This document shows, one piece after another, positions 31,976 to 41,400 of a stretch of 64,000 nt of DNA. Source of the stretch: an uncultured delta proteobacterium (lineage in GTDB: Bacteria; Desulfobacterota; Desulfobulbia; Desulfobulbales; BM004). The DNA is taken from assembly GCA_963783905.1 (NCBI GenBank), contig CAWAPG010000007.1:5281-69280 (forward strand). The letters are read 5' to 3'. The notes below the pieces were generated by a model. The model was not told where the DNA came from and ran no database searches. It was given only the letters and a program-made list of their open reading frames with translations. The position numbers and the translations under genes were made by a program. Position 1 is the first letter of the stretch. Each line of letters begins with the position of its first letter.

Positions 31976-33196
31976 ATGAAGTACATTATTCTTGTGGGTG
32001 ACGGCATGGGCGACATGCCCCTGTCCGAACTGGTCTCCAGGACTCCGCTTGAGACCGCAAATACCCCGGTCATGGACAGTCTCAGCCGGAAAGGAGAACT
32101 GTTCCGGCTGCAAACCATCCCAACCGGTATGCAGCCAGGCAGTGACATCGCCAACCTGTCTCTCCTCGGCTATGAACCGCAGGAATTCTATACCGGGCGG
32201 GCTCCGCTCGAGGCTGCCAGCATGGGGATCGAACTGGCCGAGGGTGAAACCGCATACCGCTGCAACCTGGTGAGCCTGGAAAAAAAGGGGCCCAATTCAA
32301 TCAACATGGTTGATTTCAGTGCCGGCCATATTCCCACCGTTGAATCAAATATTTTAATTACCGGAATCCAGGAGGAACTGGGATCTGACCTTTTCCATTT
32401 TTATCCGGGCATCAGCTATCGGCACCTGATGATAAGCAAAAATAATCTGTCGGATCTTGCAACCGTCCCTCCCCATGACTACATCGGTAAAAATGTAGCA
32501 GAGCACTGGCAACGTTACCTGCAAATTCCGGAACTGCAGCTTTTGCTGAATTCGGCCTGCAGAATCCTTGAAAATCATCCGGTCAACCGGCAGCGCCTGC
32601 AAAAGGGCAAACTCAGCGCCAATGCCATCTGGCTCTGGGGTGAAGGCAAGGCCCCGACCATGCAAACCATGGAGGTCCGGTACGGCCTGCAGGGAAGCCT
32701 GATCTCGGCCGTTGATCTGCTCAAGGGCATCGGTGTCTATGCCGGCCTGGATATTATCAACATAGTGGGGGCTACCGGCTATCTTGATACAAACTATGCG
32801 GGAAAGGCGGCGGCAGCGATTGAAGCGTTGACTCACAAGGATTTTGTCTTTGTCCATGTCGAAGCACCGGATGAGGCGGGACATAAGGGCTCTATCCCGG
32901 AAAAGATTCGTGCCATTGAAGATTTTGATTCCAAGATTGTCAAACCCATTCTGTCCGGATTACAGAGTATGGAGAACAAACCTGATTTCCGCCTTATAGT
33001 CTGTATGGATCACTTTACTCCGATCAGCATAAGAACCCACACGGAAGAACCGGTACCGGTTCTTCTCTATGATTCCCGGGAACAGGGAATCCGCAGCAGA
33101 CTTCCCTATTCAGAAAAAAATGCGAAACAGAGCGGTTTTCTTCTGGCAAGCGGCCGTGATTTTTTCAATAAACTGCTGGAAAGAGAGGCAACATGA
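31976..33196 (+). CDS. Cofactor-independent phosphoglycerate-mutase-like protein (apgM family). Proposed non-orthologous homoserine kinase.
   Basis: 406 aa, MKYIILVGDGMGD, VHVEAPDEAGH metal-site blocks of the alkaline-phosphatase/apgM superfamily. Lies immediately downstream of hom, and no classical thrB is in the window. Confidence 0.7.
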   Translation: MKYIILVGDGMGDMPLSELVSRTPLETANTPVMDSLSRKGELFRLQTIPTGMQPGSDIANLSLLGYEPQEFYTGRAPLEAASMGIELAEGETAYRCNLVSLEKKGPNSINMVDFSAGHIPTVESNILITGIQEELGSDLFHFYPGISYRHLMISKNNLSDLATVPPHDYIGKNVAEHWQRYLQIPELQLLLNSACRILENHPVNRQRLQKGKLSANAIWLWGEGKAPTMQTMEVRYGLQGSLISAVDLLKGIGVYAGLDIINIVGATGYLDTNYAGKAAAAIEALTHKDFVFVHVEAPDEAGHKGSIPEKIRAIEDFDSKIVKPILSGLQSMENKPDFRLIVCMDHFTPISIRTHTEEPVPVLLYDSREQGIRSRLPYSEKNAKQSGFLLASGRDFFNKLLEREAT

Positions 33197-33645
33197 ACCT
33201 GGCCATGCCTGAACCTGTTCACAGGACCGACTGCAGGGTTCTGTATGGCGATACCGATGCTGCGGGGGTTGTTTACTATGCCAATTACCTGCGCTACTTT
33301 GAACAGGGCAGAACCGAATACATGCGCGACCTGGCATTAACCACCTATCGCGAGATAGAAAGTAGTGGTCTGGTGCTGCCGGTAATTGAATGCTATTCCA
33401 GGTACAAGGCACCTGCTGCCTACGACGATCTGCTCACCATCGAAACATCGCTGGCGACATTGAAAAACGTCTCCTGCCGTTTCAATTACCGCATTTACAG
33501 AAATAACGGTGATGAGTCCAGGACTTTACTCGCCAAAGGTTATACGGTTCACGCCGCGGTTAACCGTGATGGCAAGCTGACAAAACTGCCGGCCCGTCTT
33601 TTTGAAAAACTCAACAAAATTATAATTGCATCCCAAAATCCATGA
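33193..33645 (+). CDS. Acyl-CoA thioesterase, 4HBT/YbgC family
   Basis: 150 aa hot-dog fold pattern (RVLYGDTDAAGVVYYANYLRYFE). 4-nt overlap with the upstream gene. Confidence 0.7.
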   Translation: MNLAMPEPVHRTDCRVLYGDTDAAGVVYYANYLRYFEQGRTEYMRDLALTTYREIESSGLVLPVIECYSRYKAPAAYDDLLTIETSLATLKNVSCRFNYRIYRNNGDESRTLLAKGYTVHAAVNRDGKLTKLPARLFEKLNKIIIASQNP

Positions 33646-33877
33646 GCCGCTGCCGACACTTTGGCACGAAAGTATACGGTCGACAATAAAATTGTTTCAC
33701 AGCCGGCAACATGCCGACAATAGTCCCGGATAAAATCCCCGTTAATTTCGTCCCGGTGAATCCGGATATCAGGGTTAAAAAACCTGCCGCTTCCGATTAA
33801 CGCAGGATCAACCCTCGAGTCACAGCGTTTTATCCCGGACAGATTCAGGATATCTTCATAATCCTGCAACAGGCCCC

Positions 33878-33905
33878 TTGACTTTTCCGGCAATTCCTGT
33901 AGTAT
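33878..33905 (+). promoter_or_regulatory. Sigma-70-type promoter for the tRNA gene
   Basis: TTGACT-N16-TAGTAT. The -10 box ends 15 nt before the mature tRNA 5' end. Confidence 0.5.
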
Positions 33906-33920
33906 GTTGCGCTCACATGA

Positions 33921-33997
<77 letters not shown>

Positions 33998-34009
33998 GTT
34001 GATAGACAA

Positions 34010-34041
34010 GGGATTCAGAGATTTTCTGAGTCCCTTTTTTG
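34010..34041 (+). terminator. Rho-independent terminator after the tRNA
   Basis: GGGATTCAGAG-attt-TCTGAGTCCC hairpin followed by TTTTTT. Confidence 0.7.
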
Positions 34042-34175
34042 TGGCATGATACCGGCTGAACAAAATATTGTTTTTCAGAAACCGTATCCCATGTATTATA
34101 ACGGTAATATCACGGCCTAATAGAGGTTATGCCAATACAAACCGGGCAACAAGTTTACGCTGAGCAGGCAGGGCA

Positions 34176-34736
34176 ATGGAAAACAAACCACAATTAACCA
34201 TCCAGACCGGAATATTGGTTGTTTTTTTCTTCATTGTTTCCTTTATCTTTACGACTCCTGTTTATGCGGGTGATGATATCGAACTCGCCGGAGATATAAT
34301 GCGAATATTGCTTCCATTGACTGCAGGCGGCATGACCCTCTATCGTAATGACCGGCAAGGCCTGGTGCAATTTTCCAAATCTTTTCTAACAACAGAGGTT
34401 GCCACGGTTGCCTTGAAATATACTGTTGATACGGACCGCCCCAACGGCGGTTCACACTCTTTCCCCTCAGGCCATACATCCACCGCATTTTCAGGAGCTT
34501 CATTTTTGCAGCGCCGTTATGGGTGGAAATATGGCATCCCGGCCTATGTTGCGGCATCATTCGTCGGCTGGAGCAGATTGGAATCGGAAAACCATTATAT
34601 GAAGGATGTTTTAGCTGGTGCCGTCATAGGGATAATAAGCACCTATATTTTTACTGATGCATATCAAAAAGATGTGGTGGTAACCCCAATTGCTGAGAGC
34701 GGAACCTATGGCCTGCTGCTTAACGCAAAATTCTGA
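34176..34736 (+). CDS. PAP2-family (type 2 phosphatidic acid phosphatase-like) membrane/secreted phosphatase
   Basis: KxxxxxxRP (KYTVDTDRP), PSGH (SFPSGHTSTAF) and SRxxxxxHxxxD (SRLESENHYMKDV) acid-phosphatase motifs. Confidence 0.8.
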   Translation: MENKPQLTIQTGILVVFFFIVSFIFTTPVYAGDDIELAGDIMRILLPLTAGGMTLYRNDRQGLVQFSKSFLTTEVATVALKYTVDTDRPNGGSHSFPSGHTSTAFSGASFLQRRYGWKYGIPAYVAASFVGWSRLESENHYMKDVLAGAVIGIISTYIFTDAYQKDVVVTPIAESGTYGLLLNAKF

Positions 34737-34841
34737 AATCCGGTGAAAAATTATCACCCTAATATCCTCCGGCTGCAAAAAACTTTCCGCCTTTGATTTT
34801 CCGTCCCGCCCGGTTCGGTGGAACAGAAAAAACCGGGTCTC

Positions 34842-34874
34842 AAAAAAATAGGGTGCCCTGTAACGGGCACCCTA
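34842..34874 (-). terminator. Strong hairpin terminator downstream of the cytochrome gene
   Basis: 10-bp perfect stem TAGGGTGCCC / GGGCACCCTA with a 6-nt loop. On the minus strand it is followed by T7. Confidence 0.7.
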
Positions 34875-34902
34875 TTATCTACCGGATTTTTTCCTGCCGG
34901 TT

Positions 34903-37484
34903 TTACCAGCGCTCGGATCCGTGGCAGGCAATACTTGAACAGGTACCGTTGCTGTAACTGCCTACCCTGGTCGTACCGCCGCCGACTGTCGCAGCCGGAT
35001 CCAGTTCGAAACCCGAGGTTTCCAGATTGCTGAAATGACCATTGCCCAGGGTGTCGGTGTTGTGGCAGACCGTACAACTAAACCCTTCACCACCAACATG
35101 CTTGGAATGCCTGCCGGATGAATAGCTGTTGTACTGGGAAGAGCCTGAGCTATGGCAGGAAGTACACTGGGTATCGACTGCTATGATGCCGCTCCACCAG
35201 TCCGGGGTGGTCTGGCCGCCATGACATTTGACGCTGGAGCAGGTGCCGTCCAGATTGTCGGTGGCCGGGCCGCTCTTGGCATCAAAGGTATCCGGGAAAC
35301 CGAGATCAACCTGAGAATTATGCGCCGCCCCCAGATGACAAATCGTACAGTCTCCCCCTACTGAAGCCAGTGCAGTATGTACAGCATGGGCTCCGGCGGT
35401 ATCGGGATAGCTGGTGCCGGATGGTGGCTGGCCGTGACACAGGGTGCAGTCACTGTAGTCGGGACCGGTAGCGGAACCGGTATCCTGGGGCAGCACATCG
35501 GCAATGGCCTGCACCTCGCCCGGGGTCAAATTGCTGAGCATACCCATACCGCCGAGATTGCTGTCGATCGCCGTCTGGATTTCAGCCGCACTACGGCCCG
35601 GCTTGGCGGTTGTTTCCAGCGGTCCGTGGCAGCTGGAACAGTTGGTGCCGTACAGGGCATTACCGTCCGGCGGCAGGGTCGGATCGACCACCGGGGCCGT
35701 CGGCAGTGCATCGGCAATGGCCTGCACCTCGTCCGGGGTCAAGGCACTGAGCATGCCCATACCGCCGCGGTTGCTGTCAATCGCCGCCTGGATTTCAGCC
35801 GCACTACGGCCCGGCTTGGCGGTTGTGTCCAGCAGTCCGTGGCAGCTGGAACAGTTGGTGCCGTACAGGGCAATACCGTCCGGCGGCAGGGTCGGATCGA
35901 CCACCGGGGCCGTCGGCAGTGCATCGGCAATGGCCTGCACCTCGTCCGGGGTCAAGGCACTGAGCATGCCCATACCGCCGCGGTTGCTGTCGATCGCCGC
36001 CTGGATTTCAGCCGCACTACGGCCCGGCTTGGCGGTTGTGTCCAGCAGTCCGTGGCAGCTGGAACAGTTGGTGCCGTACAGGGCAATACCGTCCGGCGGC
36101 AGGGTCGGATCGACCACCGGGGCTGGCGGCAGTGCATCGGCAATGGCCTGCACCTCGCCAGGGGTCAAGGCACTGAGCATGCCCATACCGCCGCGGTTGC
36201 TGTCGATCGCCGCCTGGATTTCAGCCGCACTACGGCCCGGCTTGGCGGTTGTGTCCAGCAGTCCGTGGCAGCTGGAGCAGTTGGTGACATACAGGGCAAT
36301 ACCATCCGGCGGCAGGGTCGGATCGGGGTTGGAGTCGGGGTTGGAGTCGGGGTTGGGACAGGCATACCAGGAGCAGGTGTCTGGGCCGACGGCAATACTT
36401 CGGCTATGGCTGCAACCTCACCCGGGGTCAAAGTATTGAACATCCCCATGCCCCCGTAATTATTGTCAATAGCTGTCTGGATATCAGCGGCGCTGCTTCC
36501 CGGAATTTCGGTGGCGTCAAGGATGCCGTGACAGGCAGAACAGTTATCATGATAGAGGGTCATTCCATCATAGGAATCTGACAGCGGTACCCGCTGGCTG
36601 TAAGAATTTTTAACCATGGCAGCACCGTTTCCCTTAACATTCTGGACCGCCTGGTCGACCATGGCCTGATTGAAGGTGCCGTTGTTCTCCATGCCCTCCA
36701 GGGTGCTGATAACAATAGTTTGCTGCTGTAGTACTACGGCACGGATAAAATCCTGCAGAATAGGCGGACCGGTCATATCCGGATCGTCGGCCAAAGCCGC
36801 TCTAATAGCTGCAAACTCCTCGGGATTCAGCAGATTTTCCATGGCGTTGAGCATGGTGCTGAAAATCTGAAAGTGTTCTGAATCATTGAGTCCGTTCATG
36901 CCGGCCTGGTAGTCACCGGTTACTTCCATATAAGCATTGGCTGCCATGGAGGCCTGGAGAAGCCTAAGATCCTGATCGGTAACTTCATTTGTCTTGTCGG
37001 CCAGGCCGGCCATGGGATCGTCATACAGATCAGAAACAGCAATACTGGTGAAACCGGCATCATTAAATGCAGCGATAAGTTCTGTCGGTGTCATCCCGTT
37101 TGCCAGCAGGGTGGTCAGGGGAGAAACCACCACGGGGCCGACATCATCAGCTGCAACCATACGCCGCAGCATTCCCTGGTAAGGGGCGCCGCCGTGCAGT
37201 CCCGTATTGGGAACCAGTTCGACTATAGAGCCCGGCGTTAAAGGCTGATCAAAACCAAAATTTCCTGCTTCATCCGAAGGTGATGACTGCTGCAGAACAA
37301 TACCGGTGTCACTTTCTATTTCCTGAAAAATCCCCTCGACTATATATGGATCAACGGCTATACCCTGCGTGACGGTACCGCCTGTTGACAAATCCATTGT
37401 CGAGTCGCTGCCGCCGCCACAGGCGGCAAAAAGCACCAGGGGCAGAAGCAAGAATAACCATTTGCGCATAAATTTATGAACCAC
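34903..37484 (-). pseudogene. Multihaem c-type cytochrome lipoprotein (~860-905 aa if continuous), split into two ORFs by a single frame change in the Pro/Thr linker
   Basis: Lipoprotein signal MRKWLFLLLPLVLFAACGGG. A GTG at 37484 sits 6 nt after a GGAGG, and the next ATG is at 37469. Order: a ~330-aa non-haem domain, one diverged and four near-identical monohaem modules (NCS[AS]CHG...GGMGM), then a C-terminal domain with 4 CXXCH plus 2 CX4CH (CSSVKCH, CSSIACH). The downstream ORF (34903..36186) starts mid-repeat. Its frame stays open upstream to 36417 with no plausible start codon. Confidence 0.7.
35473..36324 (-). repeat. Tandem array of 4 x 213 bp (71 aa), each encoding one monohaem cytochrome c module
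   Basis: Antisense track ORFs recur at exactly 213-bp spacing (35526, 35739, 35952, 36165). Copies 35686-35898 and 35899-36111 differ at only a handful of positions by eye. Repeat unit: DPTLPPDGxALYGTNCSSCHGLLDTTAKPGRSAAEIQAAIDSNRGGMGMLSALTPxEVQAIADALPxAPVV. Confidence 0.9.
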
Positions 37485-37641
37485 AATAAACCTCCATGTT
37501 GAATTTATCCATAGCACTGCCTGAAAAATACATGTTGATAATAAAAAAAGTAATTGTAATTTCGTGCAGTTATACCGGTTGATCAATAACCGCAATACCA
37601 CTTTACATGCAGCTGATATCAATAGTAATGATTATTAGACA

Positions 37642-37656
37642 GCAATCCATGTGCCA
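37642..37656 (-). promoter_or_regulatory. Sigma-54 (-24/-12) promoter for the cytochrome lipoprotein gene
   Basis: The minus strand reads TGGCAC-ATGGA-TTGCT, a perfect match to TGGCAC-N5-TTGCW. It lies ~150 nt upstream of the lipoprotein start. Confidence 0.75.
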
Positions 37657-38177
37657 TACTGCAATTTCAACAACATTAGAAAAATCATCTTCCTGATATT
37701 ATTTATAAAAATAGTTTTAATTAGGGAATAAGACCTTTCGGAAGGCGTAGATTATATTGGAGGAATTTTTTGATGGGGCAGGATTTACAGCCTCGGGTGT
37801 TAAGTCGGCTCCATTCCTTATGAACACAGGGATAACTTCTGTTTTACTCTCTCATACTTCACATTGTTTCATCCGGTTTAAAAAAGAAACAGACAAGGAG
37901 CTCAACCTGAAAAATAATCATAACTTATTGTTTTTATGTGATAAATGTTAACGGGCGGTCCTTGCCCTGCAGCTGTCGGCTCAATGTGTATGAAATTCAC
38001 TGCAGTTTGTAAAAAAAATTAAACCCGTGGGTTTCATTCAAAGAAAAACCGCTGCGAACCATTCAAATGGAAACGAGCCCGGATTTGTCCAAATACCAAA
38101 TTTATGCAAACCGGAACCAGATATTATTTGTGTCCATCTGCATGATATCTGATTCCAGTAGATTTACTTGATTTTCT

Positions 38178-38192
38178 TGGCTATAATGGTGC
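38178..38192 (+). promoter_or_regulatory. Candidate promoter for the giant activase gene: sigma-54-like TGGCTA-N5-GTGC overlapping a perfect TATAAT box
   Basis: TGGCTATAATGGTGC has the GG-N10-GC spacing. The same bases contain TATAAT, with a weak TAGATT 17 nt upstream. It lies ~218 nt upstream of the ATG at 38410. The two readings cannot be separated by eye. Confidence 0.3.
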
Positions 38193-38409
38193 TAAAGAAA
38201 ACCGCGCTTCAATTTCAGTGAAGTAAATATTAGCCCAATATACCCTTTATAATCAGGATGTTTCCTGCTGAATCCAGCAGATTGGGCCTGATAAATGATC
38301 TTGTCTGCAAACAAAAAACAAATGCTTTTCACCATGAAATATGCAACATTCCTTCTGTCATCGTTTACTGGACATTTAATGTAATTCCCTATAATTTCCT
38401 GAAAATCCC

Positions 38410-41400
38410 ATGAAATCCATTGGTATATGTGCCGGCGCCTCAACCATCTCCATGGTTGGGCTGGAACGAAACAATACGGATACAAAAATTGTTTATTCCA
38501 GATTCCAGGCCCATGACGGCAACCCGAAAAAAGTTCTGCGCCAACTGCTGGGCGAAATAGAAAATATCCGTGAATGCAGGATCGGCGTCACCGGACGCAA
38601 GTTCAGAAATATGCTTAATTTTTCCAGCATTTCCGAACCGGAGGCCGTGGAGTTGGCCGCGAACTTCATTCTGCCGGCGGATCATCCCTATAGAGTGGTG
38701 ATCAGTGCCGGCGGGGAAACTACCATGGTTTACCACCTGGATGACGACGGCAGGGTGAATGAAATTCACACCGGCAACAAATGCGCTTCAGGCACGGGAG
38801 AATTTTTTCTGCAGCAGCTGGGCCGTATGTCCATCACCCTGGCCGAGGTGGCTGAAATGCAGCTGCCTGAAAGGCCGTACAAAGTTTCCGGCCGTTGTTC
38901 AGTATTCTGCAAAAGCGACTGCACCCATGCCTTGAACAAGGGAGTTGCCAAAGATCGGGTGGTTGCCGGCCTGTCGGGCATGATGTCGGGCAAGGTTCTC
39001 GAACTGCTGAAAAAACTGCCCAAAGATTCCGCGATGCTGGTCGGCGGCTGTGCCGGTAATCAGGCCATGGTTCGATACCTGCTGGACGCCATACCCGACC
39101 TGTACATTCCGGAGCATGCTTTTGTTTTCGAGGCCCTGGGAGCAGCCCTCTGGGCGCTTGATAACGATGCCAGGCCTTTCCTTACCCTGGATGATATTTT
39201 TGTCAGCCGCCGGTCAGGTCTGGCGGTGCTTGAACCTCTAGCCGCGGCCCAAAAACTGGTGAATTACAAATTCCAGGAGCGCTCCACCGCCCTTGAAGGA
39301 GATGCGGTCATTCTCGGTTTGGACGTTGGTTCCACTACCACTAAAGGCGTCTTGATGCGCCGCCGTGACAAATCAATCGTTGCCGCCGAATATTTACGGA
39401 CCAACGGCGATCCTGTCGGCGCCTCCAGAAACGTCTATAAAAGCCTGGCTGAACAGTTGCAGGTGCCGGTGTCTATCGAGGGTCTGGGTGTGACCGGTTC
39501 GGGGCGGCAGATTGCCGGACTGCACGCGCTGACCGATGGGGTGATCAATGAGATTGTGGCCCATGCAACCGCAGCGGTTCATTTTGATCCGGAAGTTGAC
39601 ACCATTTTTGAGATCGGCGGCCAGGATGCAAAATACACTTATATCACGAACGGCGTACCCAGCGATTATGCCATGAACGAGGCATGCAGCGCCGGTACCG
39701 GATCTTTTCTGGAAGAGGCGGCCAGGGAGAGCCTCGGACTGGATGTGACCGAAATCGGTTCCTCCGCCTTGCGGGCCCAGGAGCCTCCCAACTTCAGTGA
39801 TCAGTGCGCCGCCTTTATCGGTTCGGACATCAAGCGGGCGGTGCAGGAAAATGTGGCTTTGGAGGATATTGTGGCCGGCCTGGTTTACTCCATAGGCATG
39901 AACTATAACAACCGGGTCAAGGGCAACCGGCCCGTGGGTAAAAAAGTATTTGTCCAGGGCGGTGTCTGTTATAATAAGGCCGTACCCGCCGCCTTGGCAG
40001 CACTCACCGGAAAAAACGTAATAGTGCCCTCGGAAGCGGGACTCATGGGAGCCTTTGGCGTGGCCCTGGAAGTGGAACGGCGGATGGAGCAGGGACTGCT
40101 CCAGTCGCAGCAGTACGATCTGCGTGAATTGATGGAACGCCGGGTTGAATACGGCGAATCCTTTCAATGCGGCGGGGGCAAAGAGTGCGACCGCGGTTGT
40201 GAAATCTCCCGCATCAGGATCAACGGCAAGGTCTATCCTTTCGGCGGCATCTGCAACCGCTATGACAATCTTATCCACAACCGCAAGGTGAAAACTGTTG
40301 ACCATGACCTGGTGATCAAGAGGGAGCGCCGCGTTTTCCGCGACCTGGCCCCTGCCGATCCTACCGATATCAGGCCCACGGTAGGCATGAACCGCTCCCT
40401 GCTGCTCAACACCTATTTTCCGTTTTTCAACTGTTTTTTTGCGGAACTGGGGTTCCGCCTCACCCTGCCCGACAGGCAGGATCCCAGAGGCGTCGACCAG
40501 CAGGGCTCCGCGTTCTGCTACCCGGTGGAAATAGCGCATAACTATGCAGCTGCGCTGCTGGCGGAAAAACCCGATTTCATCTTTTTGCCCCAGGTGCGGA
40601 GCCTGCCGGTTAACGAACCGGACAAGCTCGCCTGCACCTGTGTATTGGTTCAGGGTGAGCCGTATTATCTGCGCACCGCCTTTCCACCCTTTGCAACCAA
40701 TGACAATGTTATTACCGGGGTATTGACATTTTCGAGTGACCACAGCAAAGACCGGCAAGCATTCCGACATATTGCCATGCAGTTGGGCGCCGACCCTGCC
40801 AAGATGGACGCGGCCCTGCAGGCTGCCGCCGCCGAGCAGAAAAAATTCACCGATGACATCCGGGAAATCGGGCGGCAGGGGCTGGCCGCCATCACCCGGG
40901 ACCCCGAGAAATTCGGGGTGGTTCTCTTTGGCCGGCCGTACAACAGTTTTACCGCTGTAGCCAATAAGGGTATTCCGGCCAAGTTCGCCAGCCGCGACAT
41001 CACCATAATACCTTTTGACATGCTTCCCTTCTGGAACGAAAAGCTGGCCCCTGACAACAATATGTATTGGGCCATGGGACAGCTCATTCTCAAGGGCGCC
41101 CGCTACGTGGAGAAACATCCGCAGCTGTACGGCGCCTACATCACCAATTTTTCCTGCGGTCCGGACTCTTTTATTGTCAGTTTTTTCCGGGATATCATGG
41201 GCCGCAAGCCTTCGCTGACCCTGGAACTTGACAGTCATACAGCAGACGCCGGACTTGAAACCAGAATTGAGGCGTTTCTTGACATCGTCCGCTACTATCG
41301 GGAAATCCAGAAAAACAGACCGCGGACATATTTCCCCGGAAAGGATTTCCGACCGGCAGTGATTGCAGAACAAAACGGCACTACTGGAGTGCGGACCTCG

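Noticed and set aside
31794-31976. 60-aa minus-strand ORF inside the hom/apgM-like spacer.
   Set aside because: It lies within the inverted-repeat element, has an odd hydrophobic, low-complexity composition, and has no RBS.
33549-33893. 114-aa minus-strand ORF between the thioesterase gene and the tRNA.
   Set aside because: It overlaps the thioesterase 3' end and covers the tRNA promoter. It has no RBS or motif support.
35473-36324. Regular repeats that might suggest a CRISPR array.
   Set aside because: The period is 213 bp with no unique spacers. The units are coding (cytochrome c modules) and in frame. It is not CRISPR.
37660-37670. The 11-mer TGCAATTTCAA occurs upstream of both perfect sigma-54 promoters, also at 53619-53629, in the same orientation.
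   Set aside because: The positions relative to the promoters differ greatly (adjacent to -24 versus ~280 nt upstream). The sequence is AT-rich. A chance match cannot be excluded without genome-wide motif statistics.
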